DNA of 64,000 nucleotides from Callorhinchus milii (taxonomy: Eukaryota). The notes beneath the pieces are model-generated. The model was given only the letters and a program-made list of their open reading frames with translations. It was not told where the DNA came from and made no database searches. Shown in pieces: positions 24,115-36,949 of this stretch. The first letter of the stretch is position 1, and the number at the start of each line of letters is the position of its first letter. The stretch is taken from positions 42,162,001 to 42,226,000 of the forward strand of contig NW_024704743.1 in NCBI RefSeq assembly GCF_018977255.1. The letters are read 5' to 3'. Made by a program: the position numbers and the translations under genes.

Positions 24115-25936
24115 ACGATAGCTCTCTGGAAGCAATTTGGAACATTTCAACTGATATTACTTGATATCATTACTGCGTGGACGGCTGATAAACTAAAGCG
24201 CTTCATGGTTATTTGATGTCTGCAAAACATTAAAGTAGCGAGCGAAGCAATGATTTAGAAAAAAAGCAAATATTGAAAAGGCTGCAAAAAAATACGAAAT
24301 GCATTGAGGAACATTCTTTTGTTGAAAATGCTTTCAACGGACTAACAGCAAAGGAAAATGGTGTGTCAGGTATAACGTAAAAATCTTCTACCATGAATGG
24401 AGGTTACAGATTTGTTTTTCAGCTTCTGGACCTGCCTTTGCTAAAACTACAATTCAGCTCAGTAACTGGTGCCTCGGTCTACTTAAAGAGGTCTACATTC
24501 AACATTTCTCATACAGACTTGGAATACACACAGTTTATCTATATATGCAGTTCAAAGCAGTTGCTTACATAATGGAGAATTCACAAAACCTTGCAGACTT
24601 AATAAATCATGTACTTCCCCTCGCCCCACAGAAAACTCGGGCAACAGTGAGGTAGAAGAGCAACTAAACATAATGGAGAATTTGTATTGAACCCAGTTTG
24701 AGTTCATTTTCTGCTGGTTTTATGGCTGAATTTGTGATAAAATATTGTTCTGTTACCAGGTTCTCTGATTTGTCTTTATGAGACTTAATGGTAACATCAA
24801 ATGTTACAATGTAGGAAACAAGGCATAGATTCAGTTTAAGTTATCTTGCTCGACTTTATGCAGAGTGGAGGCAGTGAAAACGGACCTGATTTATCTTATG
24901 CTTTTAGCAGGAAAGTGGAGCTGCTGTGGTGAGCGTGGACCTGTTCTTCTGTCTCAGTGAAATGCTTTTGTTTTTATCAGCTGCAACCAGTTCTCTAGCC
25001 AAACGTGGAAACAATAAAAGGGGTCAAGCTGCACACTGAAAGAGTAAATTTAAGGGAATTAGAGGAGCACAGTACATCTATGCTAAACTGATAAGGTGAA
25101 AGATCACAGAGAAGGCTAAGAGTAATTAAGTAATGTAATTATCACAATTTCTCTTGTGAGAAACTGTATTTTCAAATTTATAGAGTGGAATTGAATACCA
25201 AGTCTCAGTTTGCTTGTTTGAACGCCTATTTCTATTTCATCATATCCTAAATTAGCCACAATGAGACAATTTAGAGCTGAAAACGTACTGGAGCATGTTA
25301 TGCACCAGTATAAATAGATGTGTGCTCCACTACAACCATTCTAACTGCTACACTAATTTAATTTAGGATACTCTAAATCCAACAATGACTCTCAATGGCT
25401 CCTTGAACTATTGCCACAATTAGGACAATATCAATTCACTGGGGGTTAGTTTCTAAATCTTGCTTGGATACTCTGAAACCTGAATAGTAAAGACACTTCT
25501 CTCAGTATTAATAGGCCTGCACTTATTGGCCAATGTGTAAATGTGGTTTATTGTAATGCTTGTTGAGGTTTATTAATTTGGTGATGAACATGTATTCTTC
25601 TTCACTGGTTGGTAAATTTACCATAGTGTGGGGTAATACATTGGTAGGAAAATCCATTGTAAGAAATTTGACCTCATCCTTCAAGAACACCCACCCTTTG
25701 GGAAATAAAAAGTTCCTGGTATCTGTCCTGAAATTGTCCTTTGCAACTCTAAACCATTGTCTCGGCACATCCTAAAGTAATGTTGAGGTTTACATTTTCA
25801 TTCCCATTTAAAATATTAATTGTCAAGATTAGCATCAAGTATAATAATAACTTCCAAGAAGTTATAGCAATAAGAAAAAATCCTAGCAAATCTAATTATT
25901 TTTGGTTGATCTCCACCCAACTGCCTTCTTACTCTA

Positions 25937-26903
25937 GAAGCCCGCCACCTGCTCCCTGGACCCCATCCCCACCCCTTTCCTTAAATCCCAGCTCCACCTC
26001 CTTGCCCCACTACTCGCCGACATCATTAACCTCTTGCTGTCATCTGGCACTGTTACTTCCCCCCTCAAAATAGCCATTATCACCCCACCCTGAAGAAATC
26101 TTCCCTTGACCCATCACAGCTATCCAGTTACTGTCCATCTTAAATCTCCCTTTCCTATCCAAGGTCCTTGAGAGAGCCGTTGCCTCCCAGCTTCACTTTT
26201 TCCTCTCCTCTCACTCCCTTCATGACCCCCTCCAATCAGGTTTCCGTGTTGCCCACAGCATGGAAATTGCTCTGGTCAAGGTCACAAACGACATCCTGAC
26301 CATGTGTGACCAGGGCTCCCTCTGCCTCCTCGACCTCTCCGCTGCCTTTGACACCGTGGTCCACTCGATCCTCCTCCACCGCCTCTCCTCCCACCTCAAC
26401 CTTCAAGGTTATGTCCTTGACTGGTTCAGGTCCTACCTTTCACACCGTCTCCACTTCGTCGCCTCCACCATCTTGTGCGATGTTCCTCAGGGCTCTGTCC
26501 TCGGTCCCCTCCTCTTCACCCTCTACATGCTCCCCAGAGGATCGAGTTCAAGATCCTCTTCCTCACCTTTAAGGTCATCCATGGCCTTGCTCCCTCCTAC
26601 CTCTCTGACACCCTACCTACCTGCCTGCTCTCTCCGTTCAGCGGGCTCTGGACTGCTTCATGTCTCCCGCCCTACCATCGGTGGCCGGGCTTTCAGCCTC
26701 TCTGCCCACACACTCTGGAACTCCATCCCACAGTCCCTTCACCTCGCTTCCTCCCTTACCTCCTTCAAGGCCAGTTTCACAACCCTTCTCTTCGGCCATG
26801 CCTTTGTTCGCCCTCCCACCTCTCTGCCTTCCCTCATCCCTACACCACCCCTCCCCCTTGCTCGGGCCCCGACACCTGACTGTTCAACGCTTTGGGACGT
26901 CCT
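25937..26903 (+). mobile_element. L2 ORF2 fragment with large internal deletion
   Basis: [37 protein letters not shown] joined directly to QRIEFKIL. Confidence 0.92.
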
Positions 26904-28067
26904 AAGTTTTCAAGGGAAAACTCATGACAATTCCTGATGCTGGCAGTAGTGGAGAAGATTATTGTATTGATGACTGTGATTCTCTGATGAGTGTATCACT
27001 GTTTTAAATTTTATTGTTCTTGCTCAGTTTGTTCTGAACTCAAGACAGGTCAAGTTTGGCCTAGGACACAATACCGCATCCATGGACTGTCCCCAGAAAT
27101 CAGGGATGTATTGAATTCTTCAATTCAATCTTGATTTCGAAGCTGGGGTTGTTTTACAATCTATGGGGAGGCCAGTTAAATGCAGCGATGCTGTGATAGA
27201 GACCCAGATACAGGTATCTGTCTCTCACAAAAACCTCACGTTTAGTTGAGCCTATCATAAAGGCCCAGTGTCTGCTCTAATCCCTTTGCTGGACAACTTT
27301 ACAATTCATTACAATTTTATTTGAACAAATCTATTGATGTAATGCAGCAGCAGCTTTACCCGCAAGCAAGGCATAAGAGATTTGGGAATCTCAACCGAGT
27401 TGCCACAGAGGTGACAAAACATTTTTTTCACTTGCAAGGATAAAAGTACTTCTCGTGCTGTACAGTAACAATGCAAGTCAAAAAATATTCTGAGTGTGTC
27501 CTGCAGAGGTTACAGGCCTCACACCCGATGTCTAAGTCTTTGAAACACTGAAGTCTGGTTCATTATATTTTCTAGTGGATTTCCCAGTAGTTAATAAAGA
27601 ATCAGATGCCTGAAATTCTATTTTGTCTTAAAAAAATTAAATCATTTAGAAGTTTTGAAAATGTTTGAATTCAGGCTTTACCTGGAAGCTTTTTACCCAC
27701 ACATTTATTTAAAAAAAAGGTATGCAAATCAGATTTAATTTAAGAATTATCCACAAAAATCACACAGGCCAAGACTGATGCTAATACTGCAGGCCTCATA
27801 GTTATTGTGCTAAAGGGACTTCTGCGAAATATTTCACGCTGATCCAATGTGATCAGCTTTTGGAGTGGGAATACTGCAAGTTGATAGGATTTCTAACCAG
27901 ATTCTTTTAGTAAGGAATTTTATTAAGAAATATCCATCTGTAAGATATGCTGGTGGCATTTTTAATGCAATGTTGCTATATATTGTTGCATGAAATCTAT
28001 TTTTCTTAAAGTAACAAAAATTGTTTTGCAGTGTGAGCCCAATTGAATTTCTTTTGACTATCATTTA

Positions 28068-28413
28068 GTGGATTCCTGTCGCACAGTGGTGAGAACACTC
28101 ACCTTGCAAGCAAGAGGATTCGATTCGCAAAACCTTTGGCAAGTTTCTTTACTCCACACACCTCTGTTTATCCAGCAGTAAGTAGGAACACGGTTGTTCA
28201 TTGATTAACAGTTTACTTTCCAGAGATAATAATCTCCCCCACCCCCAAAAAAATATTTAGTCACTCAGTCCACGACTGTTTGTGGGACACTGCTTTGCGC
28301 CTCGTTTCGCCCATAAAATATAGTCAATTCACATTGTAGTTTATTCTGTGAAGCGCTTTGAGATGTTTCAAAGATGTCCTAAACGCTATATCAAATGTAA
28401 GGATATTATTATT
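28068..28413 (+). mobile_element. tRNA-SINE, long form
   Basis: Head and body as the other copies plus extra segment CTCTGTTTATCCAGCAGTAAGTAGGAAC... Confidence 0.85.
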
Positions 28414-30976
28414 TGTTATTGTCTTGCCTGCTGTCCATCTTACCCTGTTCAGTAGATGGGCAAAAGTTCAGGTCCCATCATTTCATTGCTCAGATTTTGG
28501 AAACCAAATTCTACCCTGAGCAAGTCTTCCAGTTTATCAAAAATATTTTACTATCAAAGAATATACTGAATAAGTTCATGTTGATAATGAAAATTTTTCA
28601 ATCACAGAATTCCACCAATTAAAGAAATACAATTATTATTTCTTTTTAAAAATAAACCAGGGGAAATATTTTTTTTAGAAAACTGAAACTAGTAATTATC
28701 AGATCATAAGTTAAGTGGTTTAATTTAATCTGAGATCAAATGAGTTTTAGTACAGAGGCAGGCAACAAAATTGATATGTAGAAAAAGGCAGCTGAGCTAT
28801 GAGAAGCTATTCTGGAGACTGGGAAGTTTTACATTGAAGAAAGGAACAACAACAAATTGCATTTATATTGTGCCTTTCACGTCGGGTGGCGTCCCAAGAA
28901 AACTAAGAGGAAGTCTTATTGAAGTGTTCTGATCCTAAATGTTGTAGGTTAAATGCAATCCAAGAATATGTATGTCTAAAAAGTGTTCCAGCAGTGTCGC
29001 CTCTGTATAGCCACTGGTAAATCTCTAAATGGTGTTTATTCAATGAAATCCTCTGCACAGCATAAAGTACTAAGACTTTGAATTTGATGTGATGCAAGGT
29101 CCTAGCTGAGGTTTCATCAGTTTGCATGCTGTACAAGAAATCCCATGCAGCAAACACTGTTTATATTGGAGCATTTTTTTGATTGTTCACATAGTGCTAT
29201 AGTGCAATTTTCGACAGCCTATTCAAGAAATCCACAACAATGGGGTTATAGTCCCAATCACAGAAGATAAAGGATAAATCATTTTGATTTAATAACTTAT
29301 TATAGGTGGTGGTGGAAGAGATTGCCCAAGGCTACAAATAGTACTGTACTGACAACTACAAGTGGTATCCATTTAGTTTATCCATTTCGATATCTTTTGT
29401 TTTAAAAGTCCAGTTCCATTGCAGAACAACTGCAAATTCAGGGCAAAGAGATCTTGCAATGTGGGTGTATCTGTCATTTATTTTTTTCAAGTCACATGTT
29501 TATCTCTTAATGCACTGACAAAGCAATAATTGGTGGAATGCAGTTTTATTTACATATGAAGAGGCTGCAGTAAATCACACTCAATCTGATGTAAACTGTC
29601 CTATCTTCTCCACTACGCAGTCACTCTATGCGTCCAATCAGTTACCAGGGAAAGATTAATTTTACTTTCAGACAAGAAAGGTAGATTAATTAATAACACA
29701 GGAACACGTTTGCGTTTGTTTAATTAGTTGAATGAGCTTCTTGCATATCTATTCCCTGTATGACAGCTGGGGCTGCAAAATTCATGAAAATAAATGTGCT
29801 CACACTATGAAACCATTAATCAGCAATGGGGTTACAGCAGGTCCCCTGAAATACAGCAATGGAGAAGAACTGGGGAATGTGAATTCACCTTTTGACCACT
29901 GGAATGTAAATCAAATAATAAAGTGATTACTTCTGTGCTGCAATTTAGCAAAATTCTCAAAGTTTTATAACCATTTCACTGTCCTGTTTTTGAGCCTTTC
30001 TTCCTCCAGTAACTCACCGGCCATGACAGCAATAGAGTGTCTGCCATAGAGTATTGTATCTAACTTCTGATACTCTAATGTCTAACATACACTCTTCATA
30101 AAGTGTAGTTCTGGAAATTGTTTCATGTGAATGGTTTTACATGACAGTAGCATAGAGCTTAGATCTGTTTAGTGAAAGAGAAATACAATGCACCTGCTAT
30201 TTTGTTTCTTTTAAAATGACTGCAAATAGTTTATTACTTTGATTTGTTTACCCAGGAATGGAGGCACCTGCAGTACACAACCAATTTAAAGCCAAATTGA
30301 GGGCCAGGCACTTTCCTCTGAGTTTCAATGTGAATTCGGAGTCTCTACCAGGGTACTTCATGACACAGCTGTGGCTGTTTGCCTCACATCTTATTGAACA
30401 ATATTCCATGTGGTCAATGCTGTCTGTTTTTAATAATAATTTAATTGAAAAATGCTTGTCTGAACTGGTGCAGTGATGAGAGCACAGCATGGTACCACAT
30501 TGGGGGTAAATCTTGCCATGTTGCAATTTGTTAATTGTCACTTACGTTCTAATTAATACGTGCATTCAATTGAGCGACTTTGCAATATTAACACATTGAT
30601 TGGTCCCTGGGTGTGCTGTACAAGGACACCCGCCCACTGACACCCCTCTCAATGGTCACACGTGCATGGATCACGCCATTGATTTTACATACGGTTACAT
30701 AGAATGATAGAATACGGAAACACACCATTCGGCGAGCTAGTCTTTGCCAGTGTTTATACTGCATATTGGCCCTTCACACTTCCTGTACATTTATACCTAG
30801 GTTGATCTGTCAGTTAGCAGCATATCAGCTTTACTGTGTTTTGTTTTAGCATGGCCATATACCACTATCCCAACAGTCCAATGAACTGTGAACTTTCAAG
30901 GCAGGGCATGGCTGGCTTTTTGGATTTAACTATTGAGAAGGTTGGGGGGAGGGGTTCTAATCAAAGCAGTATCTCT

Positions 30977-31346
30977 GGAGATTCCTGCAGCGTAGTGGTT
31001 AGAGCGCTCGCATCACAAGCGAGAGGACCTGGACCCAGGTTCAGTTCCCAGGGGGGGCGAAATATTAGGCAAGTCTCCTTACGCCACACGTTTCTGTTTA
31101 CCTAGCAGTAAGTAGGAACCTATTTGCTAGTTGTTTGGCAGATAACTTTTCAGGGGCTAATAATCCCTCAAAAAAAGTAATTTAGTGACTGAATCCATCC
31201 GACTGTTTGTGGACAACGCTGTGTGCAATTGGCTGCGACGTTTTGCCCACAGAATACACAAACCACTTTACAATATATTCTGTGAAGCACTTTGTGACGT
31301 TTCAACCATGTGACAAGGCACTACATCAAATGCAAGGATTATTATT
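30977..31346 (+). mobile_element. tRNA-SINE, long form
   Basis: GTAGTGGTTAGAGCGCTCGC head, CTGTTTACCTAGCAGTAAGTAGGAACC segment, CAAATGCAAGGATTATT tail. Confidence 0.85.
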
Positions 31347-32339
31347 CAAACCATCCTTGAGATTGTGACTGAATCACTGAAAACCAACACATTAAAAAGC
31401 TTTCAGCCACTGTCCCAGGTATAAGTTTCTAACAGAGTGACTTATCTTTAAGCTGTAGACCGTAACAATTTTTTTTATTTTGACAATACCTATCAGTAGC
31501 AAATGCAGAGACAGAAGTGATTTGTACAAATCATCTTTCTTCAAGGAATACAGGGAGAAGCAGACATAGAATGTTACATAGAATGATAGGAAACAGAAAC
31601 ACACTGTTCGGCAAGCTAGTTATTCAAACTCCTTCACAAATTCTTATTGCTTTTTACATTAAAGAAAATATTCAATTCTGTCAAAATTCAAATACTTGCA
31701 GAAATATTGCAAGAAAATGCTCAGGACCCTGGATTCACAAATAGTTCTTTTGTCTATTAACATCAGGAGCTGTTGGTTTATTTACTGGGGAGGGAGCACA
31801 GTCGGCTGGTTATTGCCAGATCTGAGCTGTGTGTTAACTCCACGATTCACTAACCCAGTGAATAATGTAAGCACATGGGCCTCAGTTCAATCACCAATGC
31901 GGATCAACTTGAGCGACAATGGATGACATATTTGGGATTTGCATACAGAGGATTCGTTGCTTGGATAATTCAGGATGATCGCTGGCATATACAGCCATTA
32001 AAAGTGGCTAAACCTACATTACTTGCTGCGTCCTTCACAATGAACCACATGAAAGGGGAATAATTTTAGAGGAAGATCAAGCACGCATAGGAGACTTGTA
32101 GAAGCTGGAACCTTGGAGGATTCAGTAGTGTAGCACCAGGTCCCACAGAGAGGCCTGGCTTTGTGCCAGAATAGATAATCCAAGATATTCTTCTTTTTAA
32201 TGAGCTAGAATTTTAATCAAGAACTTTAAAGCATGTGTTGGCTTTCAAGTTTAAGGCTGAAGGTTTACAATTTAAAAGTTTTAAGATCTGAGATACTGTG
32301 TAGTTTAAATTCTTAAAGTGAAATAAATAATTCTCCTGT

Positions 32340-32720
32340 TACAGAGCCTTGGGACGTCCTCCCCACATGAAAGGCGCTGTACAAATGTAATTTGTTGTTG
32401 TTGTTAAAGTGATTTAGCAGCTGTTTTGCCACAAGAGTGTGAGTAAAGGCCTAGTCTTTTCGTGCCTCACTCTGTTGCGTGCCCTCTACACTTAGGCTAC
32501 ATGGGCCTGCTGTGTGTCCCACACATCCTCCTTGTCAGTGTTGGTGGACGAGCCTTCACTCACCTTGCCCCAGACCTCTGGAACTCCCTGTCTCTATCCT
32601 TCAGGCTTGCCTCTCTCTCCATCTGTCTTTAATTCTCACTTTAAAATCAACCTTTTTGACCGTGCCTTCGATCACCTCCCCTCACCCTTCGCTTTTGCTC
32701 AGATGTTGAACACAAGCCTA
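32340..32720 (+). mobile_element. L2 tail (32340-32405) and older L2 3' relic (32460-32720)
   Basis: GCCTTGGGACGTCCTCCCCACATGAAAGGCGCT...(GTT)n; GGTGGACGAGCCTTC, CTCTGGAACTCC. Confidence 0.75.
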
Positions 32721-34377
32721 GGGGTAAGAGAGGTGACCATAGGGATGGTAAAAAAGGTTGATTTTCCTACATAAAGTTACTTTGCAGTATTTGCAGGCTC
32801 TGCAGGTTTTCTTATCTATTATGCTGCACATGATGCTTTGCCTAGTTGGTTAAACACTTCTTGTATTATTTGATGCTCTGCCAGTGGAAAGATCGACATC
32901 AGTTTAGAATGAGTGATAGTAGGGAAGCTTGATTTGTCAATAACTGAGAGTGATCACCTGTATTAGGCATCAGGGTTGATGCACATTTCGCATGAGAAAA
33001 GGGTTTTGAGGAAGTTCAGACATCAAACAAGATTGCTTATTTTTTGCCTTCAAACTTATCAGAGAGGCTGGAAAGACTACCTCACCTTTTCTCACCTCAT
33101 AAATTGTTGATTTATGTATTAACTCAAGAAATATGCAACCAAGAAAAAACTGAAAGCACACTACCGATTGAACACAGACTTACATTGATTTGTACAAATG
33201 TTCGATGGGGGCAATTCTCAACAGCCCCGCAGCCCACTTCGAGCCTGCAGGCTATTGGTTAGCATTCACTGCTTTAATACAAGATTTTATACTGTTTGAG
33301 GCAATGGGAATTCTCCAAAGCAGTTTTTCAAAATGTGTTTTACATTTTTTTTTGCAAACTCAAACTTTGTAATGAGCCCACACTTTTCTTCTAAACATAA
33401 GAATTTGCTAGGCGAAAGAAGATAAGGTCCATCCAGTTTGCCTTCCACCATGCTGGCAGTCACATGACATGTTGTGTCCCAAACTATATATTACATCCCA
33501 TAGTGTACATAAAGTTTATGTTAAACCCCTTTTTCACTCTACAAGTTATTTTTCTTTAATCTCTGTGTTTTCTGCTTGTTACAGATTACCTATTATATGC
33601 TACTGGGGTTTGTGTGAGGAAAGGTTAACTGAATTCATATTCACACCTTTGACTGGATCCAGATGTAGGGAACCAGGGACTGTGGTTGAATTTAAATTAT
33701 TTATAACAAATTTTGATTCTTGTTGCATGCGTACCCACTTTGTATGTTTTCTGGAGTCTGATGTGGCCCTTAACCTTGGATGCCCTATTTTTATCCCAGA
33801 CCCTTGTTTAAACCAAAATCACTGTGTAATCTCTGTTGTAAAATGCTTGTGACTAACTGTTCCCTTAAATTTTGTGCCTGAGGCATGCAGAAATCCATCA
33901 CTATGCTTAAGACTATTCACATATGTATATCCCCTACAGGTGGAATTTTTCATGCATGGAACTGAAATGCACTCTCTTCTCAGAGGGACACATCCTGCTT
34001 ACCTAATTTCAGTAAACAGGTAAAGAAGCGTTGATGAAAGACAACGCTTGGCGACCCCAAGGTTGGGGTACAGTTGTGGTTTAGCTAGCAAAAGCTGCAT
34101 AGCTTGTTATTGAAAGCACTGTCAGACAACCTCCCCACAGCGAGTCAGTGAATAAGTTACAACAAGTTGTGAGGTGGTACACATCCAATACCTCACCTGC
34201 CACATAGGATATGGCACCACAGTTGGTCCTAAAGAAAATAAAGGACAGAAAATACACTTCTGTTTAGATCACCTCATTTTGTAAAAACAATATTCAGAAA
34301 AGGATTCACAAATAATTTGTAAATATTGAAACCTATTTGTAACCAGATTTATGTCCTGCTGATCTATGAGATTGACA

Positions 34378-34572
34378 TTAGACATGTGTCGTGTTAATCC
34401 ACGTGCAGAGAGACATGTGCCAGATGTGTGTCATGTTAATCTATGGGAACAATGGCAGATGTGTGTCGTGGAGACTACTAATTGTGTATTTTGTTATTCC
34501 AGTAAACAATACCACGTGTATGTCATGTTAATCCATGGGAACAGTCCTAGATGTGAGTCTTGTTAATCCATT
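34378..34572 (+). repeat. Degenerate ~35-bp tandem repeat (GATGTGTGTCATGTTAATCCATGGGAACA core)
   Basis: TGTTAATC(C/T)A recurs 4 times with flanking ATGTGTGTC-like motifs. Confidence 0.65.
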
Positions 34573-34699
34573 TCACCTGGGAGTAGATTGCATTGGAATG
34601 GACTCCTTATAATTACACACAATGCCCATCCATTTATCGGCAGCATTCATTATTTGTGAATCTGTTGTGAAAACTACTTCTGATCACAATACTGCTCAT

Positions 34700-35100
34700 A
34701 GTATTTCTCAGCCATGATCTCCTCGCTAATTCCCTATTTTATACTTTCTGTTTCAATTACCTACCTGAGTGCAGCTATTAGAAAACATGGAATGGATTAA
34801 AGCTAATTCTCTGTGGTGAGATGTTTGGCTCCAGCTCAAAGTTCTCATTTGTTCAGTGATGACAAAAGTTTTGCAATTGGCATCAACCACCTCTGTTACA
34901 CATTCTGCTACATTATGTGCCCTTGTGTGAATCATATCAGACTTATCCACTGGCTCTATGGTATTCTACCGCTCAATGAATCATTAGCTACAATCTTGTT
35001 GTTTCTTCCTGATTAACAAAGTCATTTGAAAGTCATAGATGACTAACTGGCGATCCCAATGCTGTTCCATTACACTAGATCAAAGCTTATGTACGTACTG
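34700..35100 (+). mobile_element. Ancient L2-like RT relic
   Basis: AGTGCAGCTATTAGAAAACATGGA = SAAIRKHG (cf. L2 LGDIIRRHG); remainder decayed. Confidence 0.3.
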
Positions 35101-36702
35101 CTGCTCTGAGCTGAGCACAGAAGAGTTCCAAATTCTTGTTTCTTTGCATCAGTGTATATGCTGTATGGCAAATTATAAACCTCCAGAATGCAAAAACAAA
35201 CTCATTGACAACTCTATTTACCGTAAATAGACATGATCTTTTAATTATATTGTACTGAAGGAAATTGGTCTTAATGATCTATTAATGCAATGTTGTGGTT
35301 GAACTGGATCAATTGAACATTTATTCTTATACAAGCACTAATATTCAGCCTTTCACTGACATTTAATGTTTATTGCATTTTGAGGTCTGATCATACCAGA
35401 CTCCAGCCAAGCGAAGATTTCTGAGCTGCCATATTCAGTTCTGACAATATATTGGTTGTAGACTTGTCAATTGGTTGAGAATATACAGTACTTCTGTAGA
35501 AAGTGTTTGCAAAGCTTTACATAGCTCAATCAAGGAGCTTATTCCTTAAATGAGTATTGTAATTTCTACAAGCAAATTGTCTTCATTCCACATGATTTCA
35601 ATCAACCACTTTCACTTTGTCCCTTATCATTGAGATTTATTTGAAGACTATAAACAGCTTTTAAATTCTGAGCGGAGGAATCAAGTATCCTCCAGTGCTT
35701 TCTATTCCTGTATCAGTGTATATACTGTATCACTGAGACGTCCAGAAGACGTGGAAAACGCTATATTAAATGCAAGGATTATTATTATTGTATCAAACAT
35801 CCAGTTCCTGCTGCATTTATAACCCAAGTTGGATGTGCCAGCCATCTGATGTCCAGATAGACATATGTTACACAACCCCAGTCATAGCACAATCAAGGGG
35901 GGAAAATATGACATTTGATGTGACATTAACTTTTAAATGGATTCTACAAACCAACACTGGAATGGTGCCATTAGGAAAAGTTCAATGATCATTTCAAGTT
36001 GCTTTGAGACAAACCATTTTCACGCAGTTGGTGGGGCAGTCACAGACAGTCACTGGCTGGGATATTATGAGGAACAGAAATTTAAGAATAATCCTTGCAT
36101 TTGATATTTGATATGAGAATGGGACAATGAATGTCACATTGTTCACCCCATCATGTGTATTTAAATATTGGGGAGAATGAAACCTTTATTTGAGATGCTT
36201 GATTTAGTTCAAATTACATTTGTCTCGTTCCTCAGATTAGTGCTAGAGAAATAAAATGTGATCTAGATCTACCTTGTGCTGTTTAATCTGCATCTCTTCC
36301 CAGTTTATGAAACAGCAACAATGAAAGGCCTTGGAGAAGCCTTTGGCACAAAGCAATGCACCGTTCCACCTGGAAGAGGAGAGATGATAGTGATTCAGAT
36401 CTCAAGAGAATTGGGTTAATTCTACTGCACTTTGTTTCAAATGTATATCTCATTTCTGCACCATATTCTAGGTCTCAGAGCAATTTTCTTTGCCCTATTT
36501 TCTTCCCTGATGCAAATAGAATGCTAAACATGAAATGGAATTAAATAGAATGCTCTGCTTGCATCAAGAAGACTTGGGAGACCTGCATTTAGTTTGTGTG
36601 ACTTCCTGAGACAATTGTAGACATTATCCAAGCCAAAATAAGGAGATATACACTCTTCCTAAACTCTGCAGGTGCAGTCTAGCCAGGATTGTGAAGAATG
36701 GA

Positions 36703-36878
36703 ACAAAAACAAAAGTCGCTGGGAACACTCAGCAGGTCAGGCAGCATCTATGGAGAAAGGAAAGTGAGTCGACATTAAACATAGGTTAGTGCTGAGCATA
36801 AATGCTGCCTGACCTGCTGAATGTTCCCAGCGACTTCTGTTTTTGTTTCAGATTTCCAGCACCTGTAATATTTTGTGT
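36703..36878. mobile_element. Short hairpin element with 15-bp target-site duplication (possibly Penelope-like terminal repeat)
   Basis: Inverted arms 36702-36747 and 36802-36847; flanking direct repeat ATTGTGAAGAATGGA at 36688-36702 and 36879-36893. Confidence 0.8.
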
Positions 36879-36949
36879 ATTGTGAAGAATGGATAACAGT
36901 GTGCATTAATCTTGCATAATAATGTATCATCCGCACAATATCCTAAATT

